Assembly: GCA_963785725.1 (NCBI GenBank)
Contig: CAWAWS010000014.1
Location: 256,001 to 320,000, forward strand
Source: an uncultured delta proteobacterium
GTDB taxonomy: Bacteria > Myxococcota_A > Polyangia > Palsa-1104
DNA length: 64,000 nucleotides
Reading direction: 5' to 3'
Made by a program: the position numbers and the translations under genes. This document shows positions 28,339 to 37,549 of this stretch, one piece after another. Each line of letters opens with the position of its first letter. Positions within the stretch are counted from its first letter, which is position 1. The notes below the pieces were generated by a model. The model ran no database searches and was not told the origin of the DNA. It saw nothing but the letters and a program-made list of their open reading frames with translations.

Positions 28339-28662
28339 ATGGGCATGCAAGATCACTTCGACCTGATCGCCGACGCCGAGCTCCGCTACCTCGAATCCAA
28401 GCTGGGCGAGCTCGATCCCGATGACGTCGAGGTCGAGCTCTCGCAAGGCGTCCTCACCCTCACGCTCGCCGACGACGCCAAGATCGTCGTCAACAGCCAT
28501 CACGCCGCCGGCGAAATCTGGATGGCCGCCTTCCGTCAGGCGTGGCACTTCGCGCCCAAGGAATCCGACGGCCGCGTCGAATGGCGCACCCACCAAGACG
28601 AGCTGCGCGCGACGCTGAAGCGCGTCCTCGACGAGCACTTGGCCGCGCCCGTCAGCATCTGA
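28339..28662 (+). CDS. cyaY: Iron donor protein CyaY (frataxin)
   Basis: GVLTLT...KIVVN.H....EIWMA...AWHF; 107 aa. Confidence 0.85.
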   Translation: MGMQDHFDLIADAELRYLESKLGELDPDDVEVELSQGVLTLTLADDAKIVVNSHHAAGEIWMAAFRQAWHFAPKESDGRVEWRTHQDELRATLKRVLDEHLAAPVSI

Positions 28663-28666
28663 CCTT

Positions 28667-28684
28667 CGCGAACGCTTACTCGTC
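28667..28684. repeat. 18-bp dispersed repeat, copy 2
   Basis: Identical to 21556-21573. Confidence 0.75.
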
Positions 28685-28902
28685 TCAGCTGTTGCGTTTG
28701 GGGGCGAACGTCGGCGTTTCAAGACGAGGCCGGATATAAACCAATCACGCTGTGGCTAGATCCGCCGATGTCCGGCGCGATGGAGCTCCGGCGCGCGCGG
28801 CCACCGGCCGCCCGCGCGCCTACGCCCAAATTAAACCTGCGAACGACCGAAGACCAAGGCTGAGACCCTACCGTGCCGCGCGTTTCCGAAAGCCAGAGCG
28901 GA

Positions 28903-28977
28903 GACAAAATGGGCGCCAGCGAGTTGTCTCCCGCAGGCCGTAGGCCGAGGATTGTCTGAGCTGGCGCCCGTTTTGTC
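28903..28977. repeat. Intergenic inverted repeat (REP-like hairpin or terminator)
   Basis: GACAAAATGGGCGCCAGC ... GCTGGCGCCCGTTTTGTC, 17/18 complementary. Confidence 0.78.
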
Positions 28978-28994
28978 GTAGCGACTTGGCAGCG

Positions 28995-31052
28995 TCACCA
29001 GACGACGCAGGCGTTGGCGCGCATCATCTTATCCCCCGGCTTGCACTGGAACGCTGCGCCGAACTCCGGCAGATTCGACATCGGCCCGTCGACGCGATAG
29101 TGCGCCGGCGAGTGCGGGTCCGTCGTCACGCGCACGCGCGCATTCTCCGGCCGCATCTTCGTGCACCACGACTGCGCCGTCCCCAAGAAGAACAGCTGCT
29201 CGTCGGTCCAGTTGCCGATCTGCTCGGGCTTGGCCGAGCCGCGCGCCGCGACGTAGGCCGCGTGCGCCAGCTTGAGCCCGCCCAAGTCGGCCAGGTTCTC
29301 GCCCAGCGTCAGCTTGCCGTTCAAATGCATGTCGTCGACCGCGACGTAGCCGTTGAACTGATCGACCACGCACTGCGCGCGGCGATCGAACTCCTTGCCG
29401 ACCGTCGGCGACCACCAGTCGCGCAAGTTGCCGGCGGCGTCGAACTGGCGGCCTTCGTCGTCGAAGCCGTGCGTCAGCTCGTGACCCATGACCATGCCGA
29501 TGGCGCCGAAGTTGACCGGGCGCGCCGCCTGCCGATTGAAGAACGGCGGCTGCAAAATACCCGACGGAAACACCATCTCGTTCAGCGACGGGTTGTAATA
29601 GGCGTTCACCGTCGGCGGCGTGATGTCCCACTCGGCGCGATCGACCGGCTTGCCGATCTTGGCCAAGCGGCGACGCGTCTCGAACTCGTCGGCGTGCATG
29701 GCGTTCTGCACGTACGAATCCTTGGCCAGCTGCAGCTTCGAGTAATCGCGCTCTTTGTCGGGATAACCGATCTTGTTGACGATGTGATCGAGCTTGCCGT
29801 GCGCCTGCACGCGCGTCGCGTCGTCGAGCCAGGTCAGCGAGTCGAGGTTGTGGCTCATCGCCGCCTCGATGCTCTTGACCATCGCCTGCGTCAGCTCCTT
29901 GCCGTCGGCGCCGAACGTCTTCTTCACGAACGCGTCGCCGAGCGCGAAGCCGATCAGCTGATCGGTCGCTTCCACGCAGCGCTTCCAGCGCGGCTGATTC
30001 TCGGCCACGCCGTTGAGCGTGTGCGCGTAGAACGCGAAGTTCTCGTCGACGATCGCCTTGTTGAGCGTCGGCGCCAGCGAATGCACGAGGTGCCAGCGCA
30101 GGTAGGCCTTCCACTCCGGCAGCGTCGTCTTCGTCAGCTCCTTGTCGAGCCCGCCGAAGAACTCCGGCGCCGCGACGTTGATCTGCGTCATCGTCGGCAC
30201 GCCCATGTCGCTGAAGTACGCCTTCCAGCCGAACTTGGGCGCCGTCTTCTCGATGCCGGCGAGCTCGAGGCGATGGTAGACCTTCTGCGGATCGCGGCGC
30301 TCGACGCGCGACATCGCCGCCGTCGCCATCGACGTCTCGATGCGCATGATCGTCGCCGCGTCCTTCGTCGCCTGCGCCGCCGGCTCGCCCGCCAACGTCA
30401 GCATCTTCTCGACGTGCGCCTGATAGGCCTTGCGCAGCTCGGGGAATTTGCCGTCGGTCTTCAAGTAGTAGTCGCGATCGGGCAGCCCGAGGCCGCCTTG
30501 ATCGAGCGCGCCGATGACCAGCGTCGCGTCCTTGAAGTCCTGCGCCTGATCGAACTGGAACAGCGAATCGATGCCCGCCAAGTGCTCGCGCGCGATCTCG
30601 TGCGTCAGCGCCTTCTGATCTTTGACGGCGTCGATGAGCTGAAGCTGCGTCTTCAGCTCCGCCGGCGCCGACTGCTCGAGGCCCGCTTCGTCCATGCAGC
30701 TCGTCCACATGGCGCCCAATTTGTCGCCGAACTTGCCGACGTCCTCGCCTTTGGCAGCGGCTTCGAGGATGGCGCGCTCCTCGGTCAAGTTGGAGTCCAT
30801 GATGGTGCTGAAGCCGCGACCCCAAATGGCGCGATCGGCCGGGATCTCGGTGCGCGCGATCCAGCCGCCGCAGGCGTACTGGTAGAAGTCGTCGCACGGG
30901 CTGACGGTGGGATCGAGCGCCGATTCGTCGATGCCGTTCGCGCCGCCCGGCGCCGCCGGCGTCATCGCCACGGGCGTGTTGGACTGCGGAGCCGAGGTCG
31001 CGGCGTGCGAACAGCCGGCGGTGAAAGCGGCGAGTAATAGCCAATTGCGCAT
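28995..31052 (-). CDS. M13 (neprilysin/PepO-like) zinc metallopeptidase lipoprotein
   Basis: Lipobox TAGC; PCDDFYQYACG, VNAYY, GHELTHGFDD, GENLAD and DPHSP. Confidence 0.95.
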   Translation of the reverse strand: MRNWLLLAAFTAGCSHAATSAPQSNTPVAMTPAAPGGANGIDESALDPTVSPCDDFYQYACGGWIARTEIPADRAIWGRGFSTIMDSNLTEERAILEAAAKGEDVGKFGDKLGAMWTSCMDEAGLEQSAPAELKTQLQLIDAVKDQKALTHEIAREHLAGIDSLFQFDQAQDFKDATLVIGALDQGGLGLPDRDYYLKTDGKFPELRKAYQAHVEKMLTLAGEPAAQATKDAATIMRIETSMATAAMSRVERRDPQKVYHRLELAGIEKTAPKFGWKAYFSDMGVPTMTQINVAAPEFFGGLDKELTKTTLPEWKAYLRWHLVHSLAPTLNKAIVDENFAFYAHTLNGVAENQPRWKRCVEATDQLIGFALGDAFVKKTFGADGKELTQAMVKSIEAAMSHNLDSLTWLDDATRVQAHGKLDHIVNKIGYPDKERDYSKLQLAKDSYVQNAMHADEFETRRRLAKIGKPVDRAEWDITPPTVNAYYNPSLNEMVFPSGILQPPFFNRQAARPVNFGAIGMVMGHELTHGFDDEGRQFDAAGNLRDWWSPTVGKEFDRRAQCVVDQFNGYVAVDDMHLNGKLTLGENLADLGGLKLAHAAYVAARGSAKPEQIGNWTDEQLFFLGTAQSWCTKMRPENARVRVTTDPHSPAHYRVDGPMSNLPEFGAAFQCKPGDKMMRANACVVW

Positions 31053-31130
31053 GGTTCCTCCGACGAGAAATAATCCGCGCAACGCGCGGAATTGGTCTGG
31101 GTGAACCGCTATACCCTATATTCGTAGGCG

Positions 31131-32093
31131 ATGGCCAGACGAAGCCCGCGACTGGTGCCCGCTGATGGCGCCGAGCTGACGCTCGACATCGACGGCCGCT
31201 CGGTCAAGCTGACGAACCTGGGAAAGCCCTTTTGGCCGCACATCACCAAGGGCGATCTCATCCAGTATTACGTCGACGTCGCGCCCTATTTGCTGCCGCA
31301 TCTGCGCGATCGCGCCATGGTCATGAAGCGCTATCCGCACGGCGCCGCAGGCGAATTCTTCTTCATGAAGCGCGCGCCGACGCCGCGGCCGCCGTGGATC
31401 GAGACGGTCGCCATCGAGCACGACTCGGGCAACGTCATCGACTTCCCGATGATTCAAGATCTGCCGTCGCTCATGTGGTGCATCAACTTGGGCTGCATCG
31501 ATCTGAACCAATGGTATGCGCGCGCCGACGACGTCAATCGGCCCGACTATGTTCACTTCGATCTCGACCCGGGCACGGCCTCGTTCGCGATGGTCAAAGA
31601 GACGGCGCGGCTGCTCGACGCGACGCTGCGCGGCATCGGCCTGACGACGTTCGTCAAGACCTCGGGCTCCAAAGGCCTGCACGTCTACGTCCCGATCGTC
31701 CGCGCGCCGCTGCAAAAGCAGGTGTGGACGTTCGCCAAGACCGTCTCCGTCGAGCTCGCCAAGCAGCATCCGGAGCTGATGACGGCGGTCTATGTGCGCG
31801 CCAAACGGCCCGAAGGGCGCGTGCTCGTCGACTACAATCAGAACCGTTGGGGCTCGACCTTGGCGTCGATCTACTCGGTCCGCCCGACGCCGCACGCGAC
31901 GGTGTCGACGCCGGTGACCTGGGACGAGCTGCCCCAAGTCGAGATCGCCGACTTCACGCTCGAGAACGTCCCCGAGCGGCTGGAGAAGATCGGCGACTTG
32001 TGGGCGCCGGTCGCGTCGCCGCCCGACGATCCGGTGCGCTTCGACACGTCGCGTCTCATGAAGCCGGTCAAGGTGTCGAAGCTGCGCGGCTAA
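31131..32093 (+). CDS. ligD: Stand-alone LigD primase-polymerase domain (NHEJ PolDom)
   Basis: RYPHG..FFMK, FDLDPG, KTSGSKGLH, VDYNQN and YSVRP. No ligase or phosphoesterase domain. Confidence 0.9.
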   Translation: MARRSPRLVPADGAELTLDIDGRSVKLTNLGKPFWPHITKGDLIQYYVDVAPYLLPHLRDRAMVMKRYPHGAAGEFFFMKRAPTPRPPWIETVAIEHDSGNVIDFPMIQDLPSLMWCINLGCIDLNQWYARADDVNRPDYVHFDLDPGTASFAMVKETARLLDATLRGIGLTTFVKTSGSKGLHVYVPIVRAPLQKQVWTFAKTVSVELAKQHPELMTAVYVRAKRPEGRVLVDYNQNRWGSTLASIYSVRPTPHATVSTPVTWDELPQVEIADFTLENVPERLEKIGDLWAPVASPPDDPVRFDTSRLMKPVKVSKLRG

Positions 32094-32288
32094 AGTTCCC
32101 GCGCCCATCACCACATACCGTTGATCCTGTAGGGTTTTGAGCGGCCTGGTACAGCTTGGGCAGTACAGGTTCAACGCCTGAGAAAATCGTTTCCACTGGC
32201 GACGCCCGTCGCCTTCCTCTGACCATCGAGAATCGCGCGTTCTCGACGGAAAGTTCAGCTGGCCTGCGCCTTGAAATATCAGCCGTTC

Positions 32289-32645
32289 ATGCGAAGCAAG
32301 ATGGTGCTGGTGGTGGAGGACGATCATAACCTTCAGGAGTCGATCCGCGGGCTGGTCGAGCGCTGCGGCTTCAAGGTCGTGGCTGCTCGTTCGCTCGCCG
32401 AGGCCCATTCGACGCTCAAGCGCATCACGCGCCCGTGTCTCATCCTGCTCGACACGCTGATGAAAGAGGGCCTGGAAGCGATGACGCAGCTGAGCGGGCA
32501 GTATGCGCTCATCACCATCCCGGTGCGGCTGTCGACGAACAAGATTCGCCGCATGAGCAAGCGCACCGTGCACCTCGAGCTCTTGCGCGAAGCGTTGCAG
32601 CAGCACTGCGGCAGCGACGAGACGGAGCCGGTCGTCGCGTCGTAA
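32289..32645 (+). CDS. Single-domain response-regulator receiver (atypical C-half)
   Basis: VLVVEDD and PCLILLD. C-terminal part is short and lacks a clear KP motif. Confidence 0.75.
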   Translation: MRSKMVLVVEDDHNLQESIRGLVERCGFKVVAARSLAEAHSTLKRITRPCLILLDTLMKEGLEAMTQLSGQYALITIPVRLSTNKIRRMSKRTVHLELLREALQQHCGSDETEPVVAS

Positions 32646-32657
32646 CTGCAAGCGGTG

Positions 32658-33569
32658 CTAGGGATTGGCGGCGGCTTCGTAGATGAGGCCCCAGCGGATG
32701 CCGCGATCGCTGACGACGCAGTCGGCCACGCCGGCGCGCTCCATGACCCGCGCCAGAATGACGGCGCCGGCGAAGATGACGTCGGCGCGCTTGGGATCGA
32801 GGCCGGGCGTGCGTCGCTTGTCGGCGAGCGCGGTGGTCGCCAGCTGGTTCACGAGCGCGTCGACGGTGGCGCGGCTGATCCGGCTGCCGTGGACGCGCGC
32901 GCCGTCGTACGTCGTCAGCGACTGCGCCATCGCCGCCAGCGTCGTCACGGTGCCGGCGATGCCGACGAGCGTGCCGCGCGGCGCCGGCGCGTTGGCGAGC
33001 GCGGCGTCGACGAGGGCGACCAGCTGCGCGCGTTCGTCGGCGGTCGGCGGATCGTGCGCGACGAGGCGCTCGGTCAGCCGTACCGAGCCGATGGGCAGCG
33101 AGATGACGCTCTCGACCGTCGTGTCGCCGACGAGCAGCTCGGTCGAGCCGCCGCCGATGTCGACGATGGTGCGGGTGCCGGTCAGCTCGGGAAACGACGC
33201 GACGACGGCGCGCCACGCCAAGCGCGCCTCGCGCTCGCCGTCGATGACCTCGAGCTTGCCGCCGGCTTCGGCGAGCGCGCGATCGGCCGCCGCCACGAAC
33301 GCCGCGCCGTTCGCCGCCTTGCGTGTGGCCTCGGTGGCGACGGCGACGAAGCGCTCGCAGTCGTAGAAGCGCACGGCCGCCGTGAACTCGACCAGCACCG
33401 CCAGCGTGCGCTCGATCGCGGCCGGCGCGAGCAGGCCCGTCTTGTCGAGCCCTTGGCCGAGCCGCACGATCTCGGCGCGTTCGTCGAGGGCGACCGCGCG
33501 ACCGTCGGCGACGTCGGCGATCGTCAACAGCGCCGTATTCGTACCCAAGTCGATGGCGGCGACGCGCAC
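32658..33569 (-). CDS. ppx: Ppx/GppA family exopolyphosphatase
   Basis: AIDLGTNT, ATEATR, EREA, DIGGGSTE, RADVI and GIRWG. Confidence 0.92.
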   Translation of the reverse strand: MRVAAIDLGTNTALLTIADVADGRAVALDERAEIVRLGQGLDKTGLLAPAAIERTLAVLVEFTAAVRFYDCERFVAVATEATRKAANGAAFVAAADRALAEAGGKLEVIDGEREARLAWRAVVASFPELTGTRTIVDIGGGSTELLVGDTTVESVISLPIGSVRLTERLVAHDPPTADERAQLVALVDAALANAPAPRGTLVGIAGTVTTLAAMAQSLTTYDGARVHGSRISRATVDALVNQLATTALADKRRTPGLDPKRADVIFAGAVILARVMERAGVADCVVSDRGIRWGLIYEAAANP

Positions 33570-33570
33570 G

Positions 33571-34902
33571 TTATTTCTTGCTCAGCGACGGACCCCAGCT
33601 CGGCGCGACGACGCTGCCCTTGTAGATCTGCCGCTCCGTCCGTCCGTCGGCCGTCGAGATCCACAAGCCGCCCCGCGACGACTGATACGCGACGGCGCGA
33701 CCGTTCGGCGCCCACGTCGGATGCAAGTTCGAGCCGTGGCCTTCGGTGACGCGCACCATCTCGCCCGTGTCGACGTTGAGCGTGAAGATGTCGTAGGCCA
33801 TCTTCTCGTCGCGCGCCGAGAACGCGATGAGCGGCACGTCTTTGCGCGGGCACCACGCCGGCTCTTGGTTGTAGTTGCCGCGGCGCGTGAGCTTCTGCTG
33901 ATTCGAGCCGTCGGCGTTCATGACCCAAATCTGCGGCGAGCCGTGGCGATCGCTGACGAAGGCGATGCGCGAGCCGTCCGGCGAGAACGTCGGCGAGGTG
34001 TCGATGAACGGCGTATTCGTCAGCCGCTTCAACACCGAGCCATCGCGCGCCAGCAAGTAGATCTCGCTGTTGCCGTCTTGCGAGAGCGTCACCGCGATCT
34101 TCTGTCCGTCGGGCGAGAACGAGGCGCCCATGTTCAACCCCGGCCGCGCCGAGATCGACTTGGGCTTGCCGCCCGTCGACGGAATCAAATAGAGGTCGGG
34201 CTTGCCGGAGCTGAACGACGTGAACGCCAGCTCGCTGCCCGTCGGCGACCACGACGGCAAGATGTTCTGCGACGAATGCGTGAGCGCGTGCAGCCCGAAG
34301 CCGTCCCAATCGGCGACGAAGAGATCGCGCCGGCGCGTGCCGGTGTCGCCGGCGAACGCCACTTGCGACGCGAAGAATCCGTCTTCACCCGTGTAATATT
34401 TGACGACTTCGTTGGCGAACTCGTGCGCCAAGAGCCGCGCGCCCGAGATCGCGCCGCGATAATCCTTCGACAGCACCGGCTGATCGCCTTTGGCGACCTC
34501 GAACAGGCGAAACTCGTATTTGACGTCGCTGCCGTAGCCGGTCGCGCGCGCCTTGATGACGCCTTCGGCGCCGACGTTGCGCCAATCTTGCGGGTTGATC
34601 GTCAGCTGCTCGGCCTGCAGGTTGGCCAGATAGCCCGCCGGATCGACGATCTTGAAGTAGCCCGACAGCGACAGATCGTTGCTCAGCACGTCGGACGCCG
34701 TCTTGGCCGTGTCCTTGTCGCCGAGCGGCATCGGCACCGCGATCTTGTACAGACCGCTCGCGCCGGGCGAGATCTTGAAGTGCACGCCGTCGTCGCCGCT
34801 GGCCTGCGCCCGCGTCGGCCGCTGCGTCGCCAAGAGCACCAACGCCATCGTCGCTACAAACGTCGTCGCCAGGACGATCTGCTTTCGGGCCGTCGTCGTC
34901 AT
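33571..34902 (-). CDS. tolB: Tol-Pal periplasmic beta-propeller protein TolB
   Basis: KIAVP, NDL.LSG.F, AH.FANEV, then WSP/FSPDG PD40 repeats; follows tolQRA. Confidence 0.92.
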   Translation of the reverse strand: MTTTARKQIVLATTFVATMALVLLATQRPTRAQASGDDGVHFKISPGASGLYKIAVPMPLGDKDTAKTASDVLSNDLSLSGYFKIVDPAGYLANLQAEQLTINPQDWRNVGAEGVIKARATGYGSDVKYEFRLFEVAKGDQPVLSKDYRGAISGARLLAHEFANEVVKYYTGEDGFFASQVAFAGDTGTRRRDLFVADWDGFGLHALTHSSQNILPSWSPTGSELAFTSFSSGKPDLYLIPSTGGKPKSISARPGLNMGASFSPDGQKIAVTLSQDGNSEIYLLARDGSVLKRLTNTPFIDTSPTFSPDGSRIAFVSDRHGSPQIWVMNADGSNQQKLTRRGNYNQEPAWCPRKDVPLIAFSARDEKMAYDIFTLNVDTGEMVRVTEGHGSNLHPTWAPNGRAVAYQSSRGGLWISTADGRTERQIYKGSVVAPSWGPSLSKK

Positions 34903-34904
34903 GA

Positions 34905-35621
34905 TCACTGTTTGCTGAAGGTGGGGCAGAGCTTGCCGCGCGACGCCGCCGAGTGCCAACGCTCGGGCGGCGGCGGCAGCTGCTTGATGGTCGACAGCGT
35001 GGCTTCGAGCGAGCTGTTGAACTGCGAATTCTTGCTCGGGTGAACGATCTCGTAATGCGTGAGCGCGCCCGAGTCGCCGATGGTCAAGCAGACGTCGGCC
35101 GACAGCTGCGCCAATTCGCTGTCGCGCAAGGTCGTCGGCACCGTCCACGCCGTGCCGATCTGATCGACGAGCGCGAGAATGTACGGGTCGCCTTTGGCCT
35201 CGGTGGCGTTGCCGGCGCGCGAGCCGGTCAGCGAGCCCTCTTGGTTGTCGATGCCCTCGGGCTGATCTTCGAGCTGCTTGAACTGCTCGGCGTGCGTCTT
35301 CTTCAGCGGATCGATCTCGTCCGGCTTGGGCAGCTTGTCGAGATGCGGCAGCTGATTCATGTCGCGCGCCACTCTGATCTCGGGCGCCGGCCCTTTGTTC
35401 TTCACGACGCCCTGTTTATGCGGCAAGAACGACATGTCGCGCGGCTTTCCGAAGCGCACCAACGACGCATCCACGAACTGCAGCTTGCCCACCGGCTTCG
35501 GCCGATCGCCGATGGCGCGCGCGATGAACGCGCCGCCGAGCACCGCCGCGTGCAAGAGCACGGTGATGGCGATGGCGATATTGCGCAGCGGATCGCGCCG
35601 CTCGGCCGCGACCGGCTGCAT
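34905..35621 (-). CDS. tolA: TolA/TonB C-terminal domain protein
   Basis: TM with LLHA, then Y......I...W.VP and S....F......LPPPP; position in the operon. Confidence 0.8.
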   Translation of the reverse strand: MQPVAAERRDPLRNIAIAITVLLHAAVLGGAFIARAIGDRPKPVGKLQFVDASLVRFGKPRDMSFLPHKQGVVKNKGPAPEIRVARDMNQLPHLDKLPKPDEIDPLKKTHAEQFKQLEDQPEGIDNQEGSLTGSRAGNATEAKGDPYILALVDQIGTAWTVPTTLRDSELAQLSADVCLTIGDSGALTHYEIVHPSKNSQFNSSLEATLSTIKQLPPPPERWHSAASRGKLCPTFSKQ

Positions 35622-35658
35622 CAGCGCGCCCTCGCCGGGCGCATGGATTGGCTCATGA

Positions 35659-36084
35659 TCACTTCAACGGATCGGTCACGAGACCGATCTTTTCGCCGCC
35701 GTTACGCGACAGCGCGGCCATGACTTTGACGACGTCGCCGTACGGAAGCGCTTGATCCGCGTGCACATAGACCTCGCGCTCGGCTTGCAGCTTCTGATTG
35801 CCCTTGAGCGCCTTCTCGAAGTCGTCGCCGAACTTGAACGGCGTCTTGACGATGTAAACGGTGCCGTCTTTGTCGAACTCTTTGGGCACCGTGATGATCA
35901 GCTTGCCTTGATCGTCGGGGATCGCCTGCGCGTCCGCTTTCGGCAAGGTCACCGGAACGCCCGTTTGCAGCATCGGCGCCGCGACCATGAAAATGATCAG
36001 CAGAACCAGCATGACGTCGACCATCGGCGTCACGTTGATGTCGGCCATCAGGCCGCCGCCACTTCCACCCGTCGACATCGCCAT
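35659..36084 (-). CDS. tolR: TolR/ExbD
   Basis: INVTPMVDVMLVLLIIFMV and ADQALPYG.V. Confidence 0.93.
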   Translation of the reverse strand: MAMSTGGSGGGLMADINVTPMVDVMLVLLIIFMVAAPMLQTGVPVTLPKADAQAIPDDQGKLIITVPKEFDKDGTVYIVKTPFKFGDDFEKALKGNQKLQAEREVYVHADQALPYGDVVKVMAALSRNGGEKIGLVTDPLK

Positions 36085-36085
36085 T

Positions 36086-36229
36086 AAACAGCGTCTCCTT
36101 GCTCGTGATCCTTCGCGCGATCCTGCGTCCGTCGCTGCGGTGCCTGCTCACATACCCAGACGTATGCTGCGCGGGCTGCACGCGTCGTCCTTGTCTCCCG
36201 CTCGTCTCCCAACCAATGAGGCACTGTTT
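36086..36229. mobile_element. Candidate MITE/palindromic insert between tolQ and tolR
   Basis: Terminal arms AAACAGCGTCTC and GAGGCACTGTTT (10/12 complementary). Internal CATAC..GTATG hairpin. Confidence 0.5.
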
Positions 36230-36234
36230 GCCTC

Positions 36235-36978
36235 CTACCTCAGGAAGTTGCGTTTCACGATGTTGAGGAAGTCGGCCGAAAACGCGTCCATGTCCGACGT
36301 CAAGACTTTGATCTTACGCGCGAACCAGTTGTACGCCATGACCGCGGGCACGGCCGCGATGAGGCCGACGGCCGTCGTCCCGAGCGCTTCGGCGATGCCC
36401 GGCGCCACCGTCGCCAAGTTGGCCGAGCCTTGGTTGGCGATCTGATGGAACGCGTCGATGATGCCGATGACGGTGCCAAAGAGGCCGATGAACGGCGCCG
36501 CCGACCCGACCGTCGCCAGAAACGGCACCATCGACTCGAGCACCGTCGTCTCGTGCGTGAAGGCGCGGCGCAGCGCGCGCTCGATGTTCTCGAGGTCGCC
36601 TTCGCCGTGCCAGACCTCGCCGTGCTGCTGCCGGCCGTCGCCTTGCGCCTTGGCGTTCTGCAGCTTCGACAGCTCGACGTAGCCCGCCTTGAACATGTGC
36701 GCGATCGGCGAGCGCCGCTTCTGCTCGGCCTCGCTGTAGACCGCGTCGAGCCGCTTGGCTTGCCAAAAGGCTTCCAAGAAGCGCTCCGACTCGCCTTGCG
36801 CGCGGTTGAGATAGAGCGCCTTGTAGCCGATCACGTACCAACCGATGATCGAGAGGCACACCAGCAAAAAGAGGACGCCGCGTACGACGCCGGAAGAGCC
36901 GAGGAGCAGCTGCAGCAGGTCGAAGTTGCCACTGCCGCCCTGCGCCGCCATCGGCGCCGCGAAAAGGAGGGTCGCCAT
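36235..36978 (-). CDS. tolQ: TolQ (MotA/TolQ/ExbB family)
   Basis: LATVGSAAPFIGLFGTV..GIAEAL.TTA.GL.AAVPAV.AYN. Confidence 0.95.
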   Translation of the reverse strand: MATLLFAAPMAAQGGSGNFDLLQLLLGSSGVVRGVLFLLVCLSIIGWYVIGYKALYLNRAQGESERFLEAFWQAKRLDAVYSEAEQKRRSPIAHMFKAGYVELSKLQNAKAQGDGRQQHGEVWHGEGDLENIERALRRAFTHETTVLESMVPFLATVGSAAPFIGLFGTVIGIIDAFHQIANQGSANLATVAPGIAEALGTTAVGLIAAVPAVMAYNWFARKIKVLTSDMDAFSADFLNIVKRNFLR

Positions 36979-37037
36979 CGTCGTCACGGGTACCACGCGG
37001 CTCGCGCTGCGTCAAACCGTGCTACCGTCGAGGACCG

Positions 37038-37547
37038 ATGCGCTTTTGCCGATTCGCGGTCGCGCTCATGGCCCTCCTGCTCGCCGCCGGCTGTCAGGGC
37101 GACGGCGGCGCCGTCAGCGTGCGCTGGCGAATCGTCGACCTGTCGACCGGCCAGGCGTGGGACGCCAACGACAAGAACATCGACTTCCAAGGCAAGTTCT
37201 GCTGCCGCGTCGAAGACAAGACGTGCAACTCGAGCAACTGGCTCGTCTACGAGGTCTACGTCGTGCTCGCCAATGCCGAGACCGGCGTCGCGATGGATCT
37301 CGGCAGCGAGGAGCCGATCGCGCCGTGCGCCGCGCGCGAGCTGACGTCGAAGTTCGACCTGCCGACCGGCACTTGGGCGATCTCGCTCGCAGCCAATGCG
37401 TCCGATATGGGCACGCCGGTCGTCACGCCCGCGCCGCAGCTGCGCGACATCGAGAGCGGCGCCGTGGTCAACTTGGACGTGGTCGAGATTGGCGTCGATC
37501 CGCTACCGCGTCCCTTGCCGACGCCCGATGCGGGGGTTACACAATAG
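37038..37547 (+). CDS. Hypothetical lipoprotein
   Basis: LAAGC lipobox followed by the GAVSVRW start common in myxobacterial lipoproteins. Confidence 0.7.
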   Translation: MRFCRFAVALMALLLAAGCQGDGGAVSVRWRIVDLSTGQAWDANDKNIDFQGKFCCRVEDKTCNSSNWLVYEVYVVLANAETGVAMDLGSEEPIAPCAARELTSKFDLPTGTWAISLAANASDMGTPVVTPAPQLRDIESGAVVNLDVVEIGVDPLPRPLPTPDAGVTQ

Positions 37548-37549
37548 AT

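Noticed and set aside
32230..32280. sigma54-like TGGCCTGCGCCTTGA upstream of the receiver gene
   Set aside because: The -12 GC is replaced by GA; too weak to call.
34903..35148. Extended TolB N-terminus; likewise extensions 22571-23170, 36845-37549 and 41870-42457
   Set aside because: They overlap real upstream genes; signal peptides or stop-start overlaps define the shorter starts.
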